Shown here: positions 20,772-32,381 of the stretch, piece after piece
Numbering within the stretch: position 1 is the first letter of the stretch
How the letters are laid out: every line of letters begins with the position of its first letter
Made by a program: the position numbers and the translations under genes
The notes under the pieces: generated by a model
What the model saw: the letters and a program-made list of their open reading frames with translations, nothing else
The model's database searches: none
Told to the model about the DNA's origin: nothing
NCBI GenBank assembly: GCA_918797485.1
Contig: CAKKNE010000006.1
Span: 434,001-498,000, forward strand
DNA: 64,000 nt
Source of the DNA: Pelagomonas calceolata
Lineage: Eukaryota
Direction of reading: 5' to 3'

Positions 20772-23700
20772 CTAGGCGCCGCCGCGTACCCCCTTCTCGA
20801 ACACCAGAAACCCGTGCTTGTGCCCCAACGAAACGCCGCGGCACGCGTAGACGGGCGGCACGCCGGCCCAGGAAACTTCCGACACGTCCTCGCCGTTCGC
20901 GTTTCCGATGCCCCCCTCCCACGCGCCGCCGCCCCAGACGTAGACGCGGCCCGTCGCGGCCGCGACGGCGCCGTTCGTGTACGACAGCGCGCCGGCGCAG
21001 GCGCGCACGCCGCGCAGCGCTTCCAGTAGACCCGGCGCGTCGTTGTTCACTGAGGACCGGCCCAGCGCGCCGCCGTCGCAGTCGCCCCACGAGTAGCAGC
21101 GCCCGTCCGTCGTAATGGCGACCGTCGAGTACGTGGAAGCCGCCACAGAGATCACAGGAGGCAGGCCCTCGACGCGCGTCGCTGCGTGCGGGAACGATCT
21201 CTCGCCCTCGAAGCGCGTCGCCCGCGGGCCCAATCCGAGCAAATTACCGTTCGACTCGTCAGCGCCGTACTCGTGGCCGAAAACATATAAGGAACCGTCG
21301 TCCCTCAGGGCGCAGCAGTGGAAGGCGCCGGCCGTGAGCGCGGCCAACTTCGTCCCACAAAGCTCCGGCACCTCCCGCAGCTCGCTCGGTTGCCAGTCGT
21401 CGGAGAAGCGCCCGGCCCACGAGACGCGCGCGCTCTTGCCGGTGCCGCCAGAACCTAGGTGTGCCGCGACCGCGGCCCCGTCTCTCGGCGGCAGCGGGAT
21501 ACTCCAGGTCCGTTGCACCGCGATGAACTCGAGCCCGACGGCGACTTTTAGAGTTCTCTCACTGTCGCCGAAGGCCACCTCTGTTGGTGTGGAAACGAAG
21601 TAGTCGGCCGGGTTCCGCGAGGACGTGTCCCGTGCATGCAATGTCTGCCCACAGACGTTCATGCCCCACGTATACAACTTGCCCGATGATGTAATAGCAG
21701 CAACAGTATAGCCAAAGGCCCTCCCGCGGCCGTGGTAGTAGCCCGACGGCGTGCACGCCACACTTACGACGTCCGCCAGACCGGCCACTCTTGTAGGTGT
21801 CATCGTCATCTCTCGCGACGCCTCGAGGACCGGGCGCTCGAAGTCCGGCTCCCACCGCTTCCCCCAGTGGTACAGGGTCCCGTCGTCGCAGACGGCGAAG
21901 GTCGCCTCGTCGCCGCAGACGACATTCACAACACTCCTCGTAATCGAAAAATCGAGTAGAGTCGGCTTCGGCGCGTCCTGCTCCAGCCCCGAGACACCAG
22001 CCCGCCCCCACGCATAACACACGACGTCCGGCAGCCAGAACGGGTCCTGCGAGGCGGCGCGCCACCGCTTGCACACGAGCGCCACGGTGCCCAGGAGCGA
22101 AAAGTGCAGGAATGTGTAGACGTAGGAGAAGGCGTCGTCGCCGATGGCGTGGCACTGCGACGCGCTGCGGAAGGGCATGAACTTGACCATGGCACTGGCT
22201 TGTGCCGTTCGATTCCCGGAGGGATCCCACACCGTCTGGGGGACGGCGTCGTTCCGATCTGAATTCTCGTACGATCTAGCGGCGGCGGCCGCGGCTTCCT
22301 GCAGGTCCTGGCCGTTGCGCCAGGCCGTTAAGATCTTCTTGCGCAGCGCGTCGGCGGCGATGAGCGACGGCCGCAGGTTGCGCGCGTCGCAGGCCTCCCT
22401 CAACGCGAGGGCCACGCGCGCGAGGCGCCTTTCACAACTCTCGCCTTCCTGCTTCCGCTCGGCGACGAGCGCCACGGCCCGCGCCTGGACGTCCGCCACG
22501 AGCGTCTTGCGCGTATGGTCTCGCAAGAATGTCTCGCGCACGAACGTCTCGGCCAGGTCCGCGTGGTCGTCAGCATCTAGCCCGGCCTCCCGGAGCGCCT
22601 CGTCGAGCGCATACAAAGCGAGCGCCTCGGCCTTGGCCCACTCGCCCGCGCGCTCATCGGCCGCCTTGTCGACGGCCCGCGTCCACGCGGGCCAGTCGTC
22701 TTTCGTCGGCCAGTCGTCAAAATTCCCGCCGGCAAGATCAGTCACGGCCACAACGAGCGCCTTGCGCGCCGCGGCGCCGAGCCGCGGCTCGCCGCGCGCC
22801 GCCGCGAAGATCCAGCCGCCCGGCTTCGGCTCCAGGGCCCGCCGGACGGCGTCTCCGATATGATTCGACACCGCCGCGGCGTCGGCCGCGGCGACGGCGT
22901 CCGTGAACGCGCCGTCGACGCTCAGCGCCGGCACCTCGGCCGTCGTGAGTTTGGCGACGCGCTCGAGCGCGGCCGCGGCGAGCGCCTCCGCGTCGACCGG
23001 CGGGCCTTTCGGGCCGGAGCGGTCCGCCGCCAGGTCCGCGGCGCGGCGAGCGCCGGTCGCGGCGATATTTTGATACTCGTCGAAGCGCGCGCGGACGGCC
23101 TCCGTCCCGATCGGCGCCTCGCTGTGCACAAAGCGCGCGACGATGAAGCGGCGCGCCGGCTCCGACGCGTCCGGCGGCAGCAGGGCCCGCGCGTCCGCGG
23201 CCCGTCGCTCTGCGCGCCGCTTCGCGACCGCCCGCGCCGCGGCGCCCTCGAGGGTCACCTCCTGGCGCTTCCGCAGCGCGACGGCCACCGTCGCTGCGAG
23301 CTCCTCATCGACAACGCCCAACGCCCCGAGCGCCGCGGCGGCGGCCGCCACCTCCGAGGCCCACGCGTCGACGGCGCTCTGTGCTGCTGCGTCCGCGCTC
23401 GCGGCGCCGGCCTCCAACGCCTCGAGCGCGACCAGTCGCAGCTCCGCGACGACCGCGCTCGGGAAAGTTGAGGAAAGCCGCGCCTCGACGGCGGCCGACA
23501 CGTCCGCACCGACGGCGTCGTCTGCCGCGCTCAGCCGGCACCGCTCGAGCGCGTCGCGCGCGTCGAAGCGCTCGTCCTTCAGACGGACGCTCCCCAGGAA
23601 CTCGAGCCAGCCGCCCCGCAGGAACTCGTTGACGACGACGACCATGAGGTGGGCCCGCGTCACGGCTCTATACAAAGATGACCGTGTCTCGTCCTTGACG

Positions 23701-24896
23701 GCGTCGAGACCGCAGCAGATCACGACCAGTCGTTCGAGACCGTCCAAGTTATCAATCGCGTCGACGACGAGAGACGTCCCTACGAGCTCCGCTGAAGCGC
23801 CAGCGGCGGTCCGGACTCGATAGTTATCAAACGCGCCCGTCTCCAGGAGCTGTCGTCGAAACGCGTCGTCTGGAACGGCGACGCAGACGCGGTCGTGCAG
23901 GTCCAGGCCGGGGAACGACGTCGACACGTGCACGAGGGCCGCCTGGCAGTACTTGCCGTACGCCTCGAAGCGGGTTTCTTCCTCCGCGTCGAACAGGAAC
24001 GACTTGAGGGGCGGTCCCGCATCTTCCGACACCGACGCCGTGAGCAGTTTCCGGTCGCCGCCGAGCTGGAACGCCATGGCGCCCGCCACCACCCGTTGCG
24101 AGCACCGCACCACCTCCGTGAGCTCGGCGGCGTGGGCCGGCGGGTACGCGACCGCGGAGGCGCCCTGCGACGCGTCGCTGAGCAGCACGCGTTTTGATGA
24201 CGGTGACACGCAGCTCTCCACGGCCTTCCGCCGCGCGTCATTGGCATAGACATGATGCGCCTCGTCCACTACCACCAGAGAAAACGAGGCGGTCGCGTCG
24301 CTCACGAGACGTAGCGCGTCGCCCTCGCGCAACGCTCTCCGCGGCCCCTCCGCGAACGGGTCGACCAGCACGAATAGGCGCTCGAGGCCCGCGGGGCACC
24401 TCCGGTAGATCCAGCGACACGCGAAGAGCGCCAGCGCCTCGTTCCTTGCACAAAACAACACGTTGGCACCGCGTTCGATCTCCGCGTGCGCTCTATGGAG
24501 GCCCCAGTGCGTCTTGCCGGCTCCGGCCGGGGCTCGCAGGTGGACGTCGCCCGTCGCGGGCAAACTGTCGAGCACTTCCCGTTGATGCGGCGTGAGTCGC
24601 TCGGCGTCCGCGGCGCGCTTTTTTTCGAGCGCTTCGACGAAGCACGCGCGGTCGGCGCGGACTCTCAGCCGCGTCACGTCCGAGGCGCGTCTGTCGTAGG
24701 CGCCGCTGAGCACCGCATTTCGTATCGATGCGACCGCTGACACGTCGTCCAGCGCGCAGCTCACCGTGAAATTGCTGGGACCGCCCGCACAGCTCGCGCG
24801 GCCGCCCTGGCGCACCGCTGCCGCGAGCTGCCTGCAGCACTCGTCCGCATCGGTCGCCGGCGGCTCGAGCTGCACGCTGAACTCCAGACTACTCAT
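20772..24896 (-). CDS. SF1/Schlafen-like helicase domain plus helical linker, F-box and RCC1 repeats, 1374 aa
   Basis: APAGAGKT, VVVDEAHH, LSDASQ, LTEVVRCS, DGLERLVV, YRAVTRA; F-box IGDDAFSYVYTFL...VALVCKRWR; RCC1 repeats such as GKLYTWGMNVCGQ, GRCYSWGDCDGGALG. Confidence 0.8.
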   Translation of the reverse strand: MSSLEFSVQLEPPATDADECCRQLAAAVRQGGRASCAGGPSNFTVSCALDDVSAVASIRNAVLSGAYDRRASDVTRLRVRADRACFVEALEKKRAADAERLTPHQREVLDSLPATGDVHLRAPAGAGKTHWGLHRAHAEIERGANVLFCARNEALALFACRWIYRRCPAGLERLFVLVDPFAEGPRRALREGDALRLVSDATASFSLVVVDEAHHVYANDARRKAVESCVSPSSKRVLLSDASQGASAVAYPPAHAAELTEVVRCSQRVVAGAMAFQLGGDRKLLTASVSEDAGPPLKSFLFDAEEETRFEAYGKYCQAALVHVSTSFPGLDLHDRVCVAVPDDAFRRQLLETGAFDNYRVRTAAGASAELVGTSLVVDAIDNLDGLERLVVICCGLDAVKDETRSSLYRAVTRAHLMVVVVNEFLRGGWLEFLGSVRLKDERFDARDALERCRLSAADDAVGADVSAAVEARLSSTFPSAVVAELRLVALEALEAGAASADAAAQSAVDAWASEVAAAAAALGALGVVDEELAATVAVALRKRQEVTLEGAAARAVAKRRAERRAADARALLPPDASEPARRFIVARFVHSEAPIGTEAVRARFDEYQNIAATGARRAADLAADRSGPKGPPVDAEALAAAALERVAKLTTAEVPALSVDGAFTDAVAAADAAAVSNHIGDAVRRALEPKPGGWIFAAARGEPRLGAAARKALVVAVTDLAGGNFDDWPTKDDWPAWTRAVDKAADERAGEWAKAEALALYALDEALREAGLDADDHADLAETFVRETFLRDHTRKTLVADVQARAVALVAERKQEGESCERRLARVALALREACDARNLRPSLIAADALRKKILTAWRNGQDLQEAAAAAARSYENSDRNDAVPQTVWDPSGNRTAQASAMVKFMPFRSASQCHAIGDDAFSYVYTFLHFSLLGTVALVCKRWRAASQDPFWLPDVVCYAWGRAGVSGLEQDAPKPTLLDFSITRSVVNVVCGDEATFAVCDDGTLYHWGKRWEPDFERPVLEASREMTMTPTRVAGLADVVSVACTPSGYYHGRGRAFGYTVAAITSSGKLYTWGMNVCGQTLHARDTSSRNPADYFVSTPTEVAFGDSERTLKVAVGLEFIAVQRTWSIPLPPRDGAAVAAHLGSGGTGKSARVSWAGRFSDDWQPSELREVPELCGTKLAALTAGAFHCCALRDDGSLYVFGHEYGADESNGNLLGLGPRATRFEGERSFPHAATRVEGLPPVISVAASTYSTVAITTDGRCYSWGDCDGGALGRSSVNNDAPGLLEALRGVRACAGALSYTNGAVAAATGRVYVWGGGAWEGGIGNANGEDVSEVSWAGVPPVYACRGVSLGHKHGFLVFEKGVRGGA

Positions 24897-24988
24897 CTGT
24901 GCTGTTTGATGCGGCCACTTTTAATCCGCAACGGACCAAATTTGTATCAATACCGCGGCGCGTGTGTGCTTGGCTTGTTTGCTTGTTT

Positions 24989-25008
24989 GCTAGTGTGTTT
25001 TAGCTAGC
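24989..25008 (-). promoter_or_regulatory. CTAG-palindrome upstream motif (degenerate)
   Basis: GCTAGTG-TGTTTT-AGCTAGC about 90 bp upstream of 24896(-). Confidence 0.5.
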
Positions 25009-25233
25009 TGGTTTTAGCAGTGGTAACTCCGCAGAGCCCTGGAAGCCGCGCCCCGGAGCGGCACCCCTCAAACGCACCGGACCTGTATTCGCCGGGACGG
25101 GTTTCGCTGGGGGACTAGTAGTAGACTCCTTAACGCGATCACGAGATCGCGGACTTAGAGAGCTGACGGGAAGGAGGGAGGGAGGGAGCACGAAAGGGGG
25201 AGGATTCTCAGACGCCGATCGTCGAGGAATTTC

Positions 25234-28200
25234 TCAGAGCTTGATGGCAAGGCGCATACCGGGCGCAGACCCTGGTGGCAACACGATCGCGAGGATGCGC
25301 CCGTCGGGGGCCTGCACGTGGATCGTCTGGCCGGCGCTGCAGCCGTCGGGCACGGTGACGCGGAGCTCCTGCCTGGTCGGCGTTGTTGGCGTCGGCGCCG
25401 GCGTCGCGGCGAGCGACGCCGCCTCGGCCTGCTGGAGGAGATCGATCAGCTTCTTGGGCTCGACCGTCAGCGCGGCGCCGTTGACGCAGGCGTCCATGGG
25501 CGGGTGCACGTGCAGGAGGACGTCGCCCTTCGTCGCGGGCTCGACCTTGAGCCAGGTCACGGCCGCGCCCGTGGCCACGTCGACGGCGGGGAGCGTCTCC
25601 TTCCGCAGGGGCTCCGGGGCTGCCGCCGGGGCCGGGGCCGGGGCCGGGGGCTGGACCGGTTCGGCCGGTGGCGCTGGCGGCTGAGCGGGAGGCGCTGGCG
25701 TCGCCTCCTGCGGCTGCGCGACGGGCTGCGCGACGGGTTCGGGCACTGGCACCGGCGCAGGCTTCGGCGCCGGCGCGCGCGCGCGGATCTGTTTCTGCCA
25801 GACGAGGTAGAAGCAGCCCGAGGCGATCGCCACGAGGCTGCCGAGGCACGCCAGCAGCGCCCGCGCGATGGCGGTCTCCACGCCTCCCACCGCGAACCAC
25901 ACCGCGAGATTAATCACGACCATCCCGAAGATGCGCAGGCGCACGCCGCGCGCGAACTCGGCGTTCTCCGCGGCCTTCTGCTTCTCGTTGAGCGCCTCGT
26001 CGGCATGATCAGAAACTTGCTTGCCGACGCGGAAGCCCCGCGTCAGGTTGATGAGGCCCATGACAATCAGTAGCCCACAGAAGAGCATCCGGCCCCAGAC
26101 GGCGTTGATGCCGAAGAAGAGGCCGGCGCACAAACCCACGAAGGTCCAGAGCCACCCGCTCAGTTCCAAGCACGAGCACCACGTCGCCGCGCAGAGTTCT
26201 TTGGGGGCGCACATGCCATCCGACGCTTCCATATTAAAGTCCTTGCCCTGGTGTCTCAAGGTAATCGACGATATCAGTAGAAAGAAGCCGTAGACCCACA
26301 CGGGCAGCGCAACATAAAAAACGCCGCGGGTCACGGCGAGGGCGCAGCACACCCGCGCGCTCAGGAAGGCGCCGGCCGCGAAGCCGAGGGGCGGGACCAC
26401 GTAGCAGCACGCCACGACATGACGCTTGGTGAGTGCATACGCACCACTCACGAGGATCGCGCCCCACGCGACGAGCGCATTACCAAGCTTGTTCGCGGCG
26501 CCCCCACCGAGACCGTACGCGAGGACCCAGGCGTAGGCTAAGGCCGGCGACCGGTGGTCTTTGATGATGAGTAGTAGTAAAGCGCCGAAGCCGGCCACGA
26601 GAGAAGCGGCATCGGCAGTCTGGCCCATGTACTCACCAAATAAACCACTAGCGTTCCTGGCATAGCCCGCCGTACCCAGGCCCGCGCCCACCAGTAAGGC
26701 TTGGCCGAAGCAGCCCCAGACGATCTTCATGTCGTTGCGTTTGTTCTCGTCCGTAAACCTGTCGTGCCAATCGAAGAGCACGACAATCGTGACTGCAGAG
26801 ACACCTACAATACCCCCGAAGAAGTAGGCGAGGCCCATGGCTGTAGCTGTTTGGGCTGCTAAGAGGAGGCTGTCCTTTGCCTTTTCACCGTGAGGAGTAT
26901 GCATGAAAATGAACAGCTCGAGCGCAGCTAGTAATACAGAACCAGCAGCGAAGACATGCCAGTAGGGCCTCGACGCGCCGATGACACCCGAAAACTCGGC
27001 GAGCACGGCGCCACTTACGAGCGCGACGGGCGGCGTCAGGGCCGCGGATACCGAAGGGTGGTCGAAGACCCCGATGGACACCGCGCCCGTCGCGAGTGTG
27101 GCGGCGACGCCGAGCCATCCCTTAGTAGGAATAGACGCGGCCAGACCAAAGGGCACACACCACAGGTAGGCCACGACAAAGGCTTGGATCTTTTCATCGC
27201 AGACCCACAATATCAAAGCGAGAGGCAGCGCTATTAGTGAAACGACGGCGCAGGCGCCCGTCGCGTTGCGCTGCGTGCGCCAGATCATGGACTTGAACGG
27301 GTAGAAGGCGCCCTCGCCCTGGATGTTCACGACCAACAGATACGTGCCGATCAGCAGTAAGATGGTCAGTATCGCCTCGCCACTGATATTTTGCGAAGGC
27401 TCCTCCTCTTCTTGCACTAACTCTTTCCCCACAAGTACAATGGCCGCGACTACCACAGGAATCGCCGCGACTTTCGAGGCCGGGCCGTTGACGAAGGTGA
27501 AGGCCGCGAGGAGCCAGAGCGCCGCGCGGCGCCTTCGGTTGATGGGCGCGCCTCCCAAACAGCCCTTGAAAGAAAAGTTTTTGTGCACAAAAGCGGCGAG
27601 GGCCCCGAGGCCCCGCGGCGGCTCGGAGGCCTCGACGTCGCCCGGCTCATCAAACGAACCCTTTGCGGGTCTCGTTGCTTCATCTGATGGAGGCGCCTTC
27701 TCCTTCTTCGGTACGAGGGACAGCGCGCCCAACACCAAACACCAGCCCGCTGAGGTAATAGCGAGCGCCGGCAGCGTGCGCTCCGGGATCCGATACAGAC
27801 CCGCGACGCAGCAGAGCGAGATGATTGGGATGACGACGTCCGACATCAGAGCATGTTTCGCTAGGATGCTCCACACCAATACAATCACGAGCACGGCAAC
27901 CACAGAACCGATGCGTAATCCATCATCTAATGAGTTGAGCGCCCCGCCCAGGCCCAAGGGTAGAGCGTACAAGTATACGGATGCATGCGCCACGAACCGC
28001 CCGACGTCGTCATCAGAAGTCTTCGCTAGCACACAACTACCAAGCAGCGTCAGCCCCGCGGCGATGCCGGCAGCAATCGCGTGGCAGCCCGTCATCCCGA
28101 ACTGGAGATTCAAAACCATGTCGATGGCCCCGAAGAACAACAACGGCAAGGCCAGCAAGACCCGCAAACCTCCCTCCTTCTTATCGGTGAAGACGAACCA

Positions 28201-30840
28201 GCCCGTCGTGAAACAGACGCCGATGAGCGCGCCCCAGCCGAACGTGGCCGGGCCTATTAATACCACTCCTCCTGTGATGAAGGCGAGTCTGAAAACGCCC
28301 ACTAGTAGACCGCTTTCGTTATCTTTCAGGGACGGCATCGGCCACATGAAGACGAGTAATAACGTGCAAATGCCCAGGATGAGCGCCCACCACTTCATGC
28401 CTAAACCGTACAACCCCAAGTAGAGCTGGAACTGGGCCCTTACGAGGAAGGTGAGTGTCGCGACGATGGCTGCGGGTAACGACTTCTCCATCCTCGCGAG
28501 CGCGACGGCAAACAACGCCGTCGGTGCGAGCGCCAGGGGCATGGCCACTTCCGTGGCTGCTAATACGACCATGCTCAGACACGTGAAGACGGCATTTTTA
28601 TTGCCAGGACCTTTGGGCGCCGAGAAGTAAGTTGCGACAAGTCCGCACTCCATGAACAATATAACGGCTGAGAGCATGAAGGGCGCGCCCGCCGCCTCCT
28701 GGACGCCCCGCTTCACGATGTTGTGGATGATCTGCCGCCCGTTCTGCACGACGACCGCGATGGCGAAGGGTAAACAAGATAACGCCAGTACTAGCGCCGC
28801 GCCGGCCAAATCCGGGAGTAACGCCGTTCTTGTTTCAGCCTTCCGGACCTTTTGTTGTAGGACGTGGAACACGACCAAGGCCGGTAACAACGCGAGGAGG
28901 GGATAGGCCGAACATTGAAAAGTGGACGGCCCCCCGCCGCAGTCGCCTTCGGACAAGAACGCGATGGCCGCCACTAATAACAAAGCGCAGGCCCCCAGCA
29001 CCGTATCATAGCCCAATTCATCACTAGAACCAGCCCCGACGACTCCGGCCACACACGCGGCTACTGCTACGACATATGTCACGAAGTTGAACGTCTCCAA
29101 GCGAGCCACATATATAAGAACGGCGACCATGGCGCAGCCTCGAGCTGTCCGGACCGCTGCTAGGGGGGCCTTGATGCGCTTCGACGACGTGACTCCTAAG
29201 AGTATCACGGCGAAGAAGGCGTGGAGTAATGCTATCACAGCATCTGGTGCGGTGTTGCCGTCTCCACCCCTTAGTGAAGCCATCGCTACCAGTGGTAATG
29301 CAAATGCTGCTAATCCGCAGATGGTGGCGTGCGTCTCGTCGCCAGCCACGGCTCGTCTTCGATTCGCGTCCGCTAATATTAATGCAGCAGGCAACAGCAA
29401 AAACGCTCTTCCCGCGAGGAGCCACCTATCACAATCATTCAGCGCATCGAGCCAATCGACAGCAACGAAGGACCCCACGCCCAGGAACACGCCAGAAATA
29501 AACAGGGAGGGTTTGATCGAGCGCTCGTACCACGGGGCGCTCTCGACCGTCGCGGTGTCGGGCGCGACTCTAGCGGGAGACGCCGGTGCAGTATCTGTCG
29601 TGACCTGCGCGTAGGTGTAGGCGCCGCGCGTGCGCCACCTGTGTGGACATCAAATGTCGGCCACCCCACGTGTCAAACCTAACTCACTGGTTGATTTCCA
29701 CACCGTGCGCCACCAGGGCATCTGCATCGCCCACCACGCCGCCACGGCGACCGGTGCGGTGACCAGTAAAGCCGCTCTACCGGTCCAGAAGCTCGTCGCG
29801 AAGAAGACGAGGGCGAGCATGGACCGGCGCACATAGAGGAAGTCCGAGGGCGACGAGTAGTAGGCCCCGCAGCCAATCAACAGTGAGACCCAGATCGCCA
29901 CACTTCCAATGGAGATATAAGCTTTTGGGTCGGCGCACCTGACAATGATCGCTCCGACAAAGTCCGCGAGCACGTGCAGAAGTAATGCGAGTGATGCCGA
30001 CGGGCCGTCGCCCCCATCGTTCGACTCGGCCTTGTTGAACAAGGGGTGGCGCACGGCGGCCGTGACGAGGTAGTGTATTGCTGAAGAGCCGGCGAGGCCG
30101 CAGGGCCATACGATCAAACTTCTAGCACCTCTGTCGAACTGGCCGCCGAGTGCGGTCACTAGGACGGAGATCAGCGTCAATAGCGCGTGTAGCAATTGCA
30201 ATAGGCCCGCCGTCCGGCCCCTTTTGAAGGCCGGCGCCGCAAGAGCTAACGGGGCGAACGAGCCTAGAGCAACGACGCAGCAAGCGGCCGCGACGGCACT
30301 CGCGTGCACGCCGGGCCCGACGCTGATCCAGAAGCCGACGAAGGGCAGCATTATTGTAGCTAAGCAAGCAGGCAGCCATGTTAATATTTCTTTCTGGTTC
30401 GCGTACTTGCGCCGCTGCGATCTTATCAGTAAAGAGTGGCCCAACGAGAGCAAGGCCAGGACACAAGCTAATGACACGACGGCGGCGGGCTTGTCGCCCC
30501 GGACCATGGCGTTCGCGCCGACGCATACGGCCGCACTGTTCAAAGCGACGACCACAAAAAGTGTCCCGAGCGCCGCCACGTGCTTCGGCAGGGCCAGATC
30601 GTCGCCCAAAACACATTCAAAGGCGCCCTGCAACAAACCCAAGACGGCCAACGCCAGTAAAACCAGCACGACGCCCGCCACATAACCCTGGCGCCCCCCG
30701 AAGATCTCCGGGAGCAGTGTGGAAAACGTGATGACCCCAACGGTCAAGCCCACGGCGCCCAGCAGGATGCAGGTGAGCACGATCTTCAGCTCGCCGGACA
30801 TGGCCGGCTCCGGGGCCGGCGCGACGTCCGCGGCGGCCAT
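25234..30840 (-). CDS. very large polytopic membrane protein; exons 30840-29714 and 29638-25234 (~1843 aa)
   Basis: Two hydrophobic ORFs joined in frame by removing 29639-29713 (MPWWRTRGAYTYAQV...); dozens of TM-like helices; C-terminal VTVPDGCSAGQTIHVQAPDG...VLPPGSAPG repeat. Confidence 0.75.
29639..29713 (-). mobile_element. introner intron with a perfect 8-bp TSD (75 nt, phase 2)
   Basis: Plus strand TGCGCCAC|CTGTGTGGACATCAA...TTGATTTCCACACCG|TGCGCCAC (TSD 29631-29638 = 29706-29713). Confidence 0.92.
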
Positions 30841-31004
30841 GGCTGTTTCTAAGGCTGTTTTCTTGTGATGTCTGCCTCGGCGCCGAAACGTGCGTGCGCC
30901 AAGGCGGCGCTTTGCTCGAGACCGTTTCGATGCGGCTTCGAGCTTGCGTGGGCTGCCTCGGGCCTGGAACGTGCCGCGCGGGCAGCCAAAATCTCGGACG
31001 CTTT

Positions 31005-31024
31005 GCTAGTGTCTTTACGCTATC
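31005..31024 (-). promoter_or_regulatory. CTAG-palindrome upstream motif
   Basis: GCTAGTG-TCTTTA-CGCTATC about 165 bp upstream of 30840(-). Confidence 0.55.
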
Positions 31025-31076
31025 GACGCGACGTCTGTGAAATCAAACTTACACTTAGACATATATAGATAAATAA

Positions 31077-31946
31077 TCACCGCCACCGCCACGCATATAT
31101 CAGAAGACCGATCAGCACGCTGCCCGCCGCCGGCGCGCGCCGATCGGCGGCCGCGGCCGCGTAGAGGCGCTTGGCACGCTCAACTACAGCGGTCCAGACG
31201 GCGGCCACCGCGGGCCAGCGCCGCACCGGCTTGACCTGTGACGCCGCAAGCGCGGCGGCCGCGCGGTCGGCCGCGTCGGCAGCAATTTGAGCCGCGGCCG
31301 ACGCGGCATCCGACGCGCGTTGCGACGCCGCGCTCAATTCCGACGCGGCCCGCTCGACCTCGGCCAGGCGCTCCCGGTCCGCGTAGCTCCTGTGAATGCC
31401 AGACCCGACGAAGACTAGCGAGTTCACGACGATCAGAGCCCAGGTGCTATACAGCGACAACGCTCTATACTTCTCCTGCCACATGAGCTCGCCGTGGTAC
31501 TGGGACCGCACCGCTTTTAGAAATGCCCGCTCGGCCGCCTCGGCGGCGCGCTCGGACGCTTCCCTCGTGATTAAGCTCTCCGAGATCCGCGTTTTCAGAG
31601 AGTGTTCATCCGAAGTCAAGCGCGTGAATTTCTTGACGTCGTCGGCGTCCCAGGCGTCGCGGCGCTGCAATAGAACGGTGAGGTCGGCCTGTGTCGAGGA
31701 CCGGCCTTGTGTTAATGAATCGTGCGCTCGTAACGCTTCCGCCCGTTGGGCCACGGCGGCCTCGTGCGCCGTTTCTGCCTCATTTACCGCTGCTTTGAGG
31801 CGCTGGAGTTCTCCTAGTCCAGCACCATCGGTGACTCGGTTTACGACCGGAGCTAAAAATGCAGGCCAAGCGCTGCTCGTGGTGGTGCTGGCTGAGCGTG
31901 CGACGAGCGAGCCGCGGAACGCGACGGCGCTGGCGTGTCGCAGCAT
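31077..31946 (-). CDS. SHE9: She9/Mdm33 family mitochondrial inner-membrane protein
   Basis: RSSTQADLTVLLQRRDAWDADDVKKFTRL and QYHGELMWQEKYRALSLYSTWALIVVN match She9 hallmarks; mitochondrial-type presequence; ATG at 31946. Confidence 0.8.
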   Translation of the reverse strand: MLRHASAVAFRGSLVARSASTTTSSAWPAFLAPVVNRVTDGAGLGELQRLKAAVNEAETAHEAAVAQRAEALRAHDSLTQGRSSTQADLTVLLQRRDAWDADDVKKFTRLTSDEHSLKTRISESLITREASERAAEAAERAFLKAVRSQYHGELMWQEKYRALSLYSTWALIVVNSLVFVGSGIHRSYADRERLAEVERAASELSAASQRASDAASAAAQIAADAADRAAAALAASQVKPVRRWPAVAAVWTAVVERAKRLYAAAAADRRAPAAGSVLIGLLIYAWRWR

Positions 31947-32021
31947 TATCGATGCCAACTACGCTCTTGAGGCAAATATCGCACCGCTTGCGGCTTTAGT
32001 CGCCGAGCAACGAATTCAAGA

Positions 32022-32045
32022 CCTAGCGACCTGTAAGACACTAGC
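32022..32045 (+). promoter_or_regulatory. CTAG-palindrome upstream motif, copy 1 of a pair
   Basis: CCTAGCG-ACCTGTAAGA-CACTAGC(AAGC). Confidence 0.7.
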
Positions 32046-32147
32046 AAGCATACGAAATCGGCCCGTCGTCGCGCTTTTTGACGCATCCTGGTCATCATCG
32101 GCTTATCCAAGCGCCGGAGAGCTGCAGTCTCGTGTGACGAAACGCGA

Positions 32148-32170
32148 GCTAGCGGACGTAAGACACTAGA
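32148..32170 (+). promoter_or_regulatory. CTAG-palindrome upstream motif, copy 2 of a pair
   Basis: GCTAGCG-GACGTAAGA-CACTAGA. Confidence 0.7.
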
Positions 32171-32206
32171 GGATTCGGGGCAACTCGGCTTTAGACCGTC
32201 GTAGCT

Positions 32207-32370
32207 GCATAACCCTGGGTCGAAATCACATTTTGAGCTGCCAGCGGTGTTCATCTTCACCCTGTGCATGGGCGCGAATCGAAAAACAGCGCTCGTTTAG
32301 CCGTTCAAGGCGCCGAGATCGACCTTGCCTGGTCGAGCGCTTCTCCAGCTCAAGACGCGTTCTCACACAG
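32207..32370 (+). mobile_element. candidate degenerate introner in the LHC 5'UTR (164 nt, GC-AG)
   Basis: GCATAACC|CTGGGTCGAAATCACATTT (16/19 match to the family end CTGTGTGGAAATCAAATTT)...TTCTCACACAG|GCAGCGGA, ending 11 nt before the ATG. Confidence 0.5.
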
Positions 32371-32381
32371 GCAGCGGAAGG

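Noticed and set aside
29650..30840. ORF pairs treated as separate genes or frameshifted pseudogenes (also 13975/14549, 40978/41905, 46996/51646, 53612/54240, 55384/55850)
   Set aside because: Each break coincides with an introner whose removal restores one frame.
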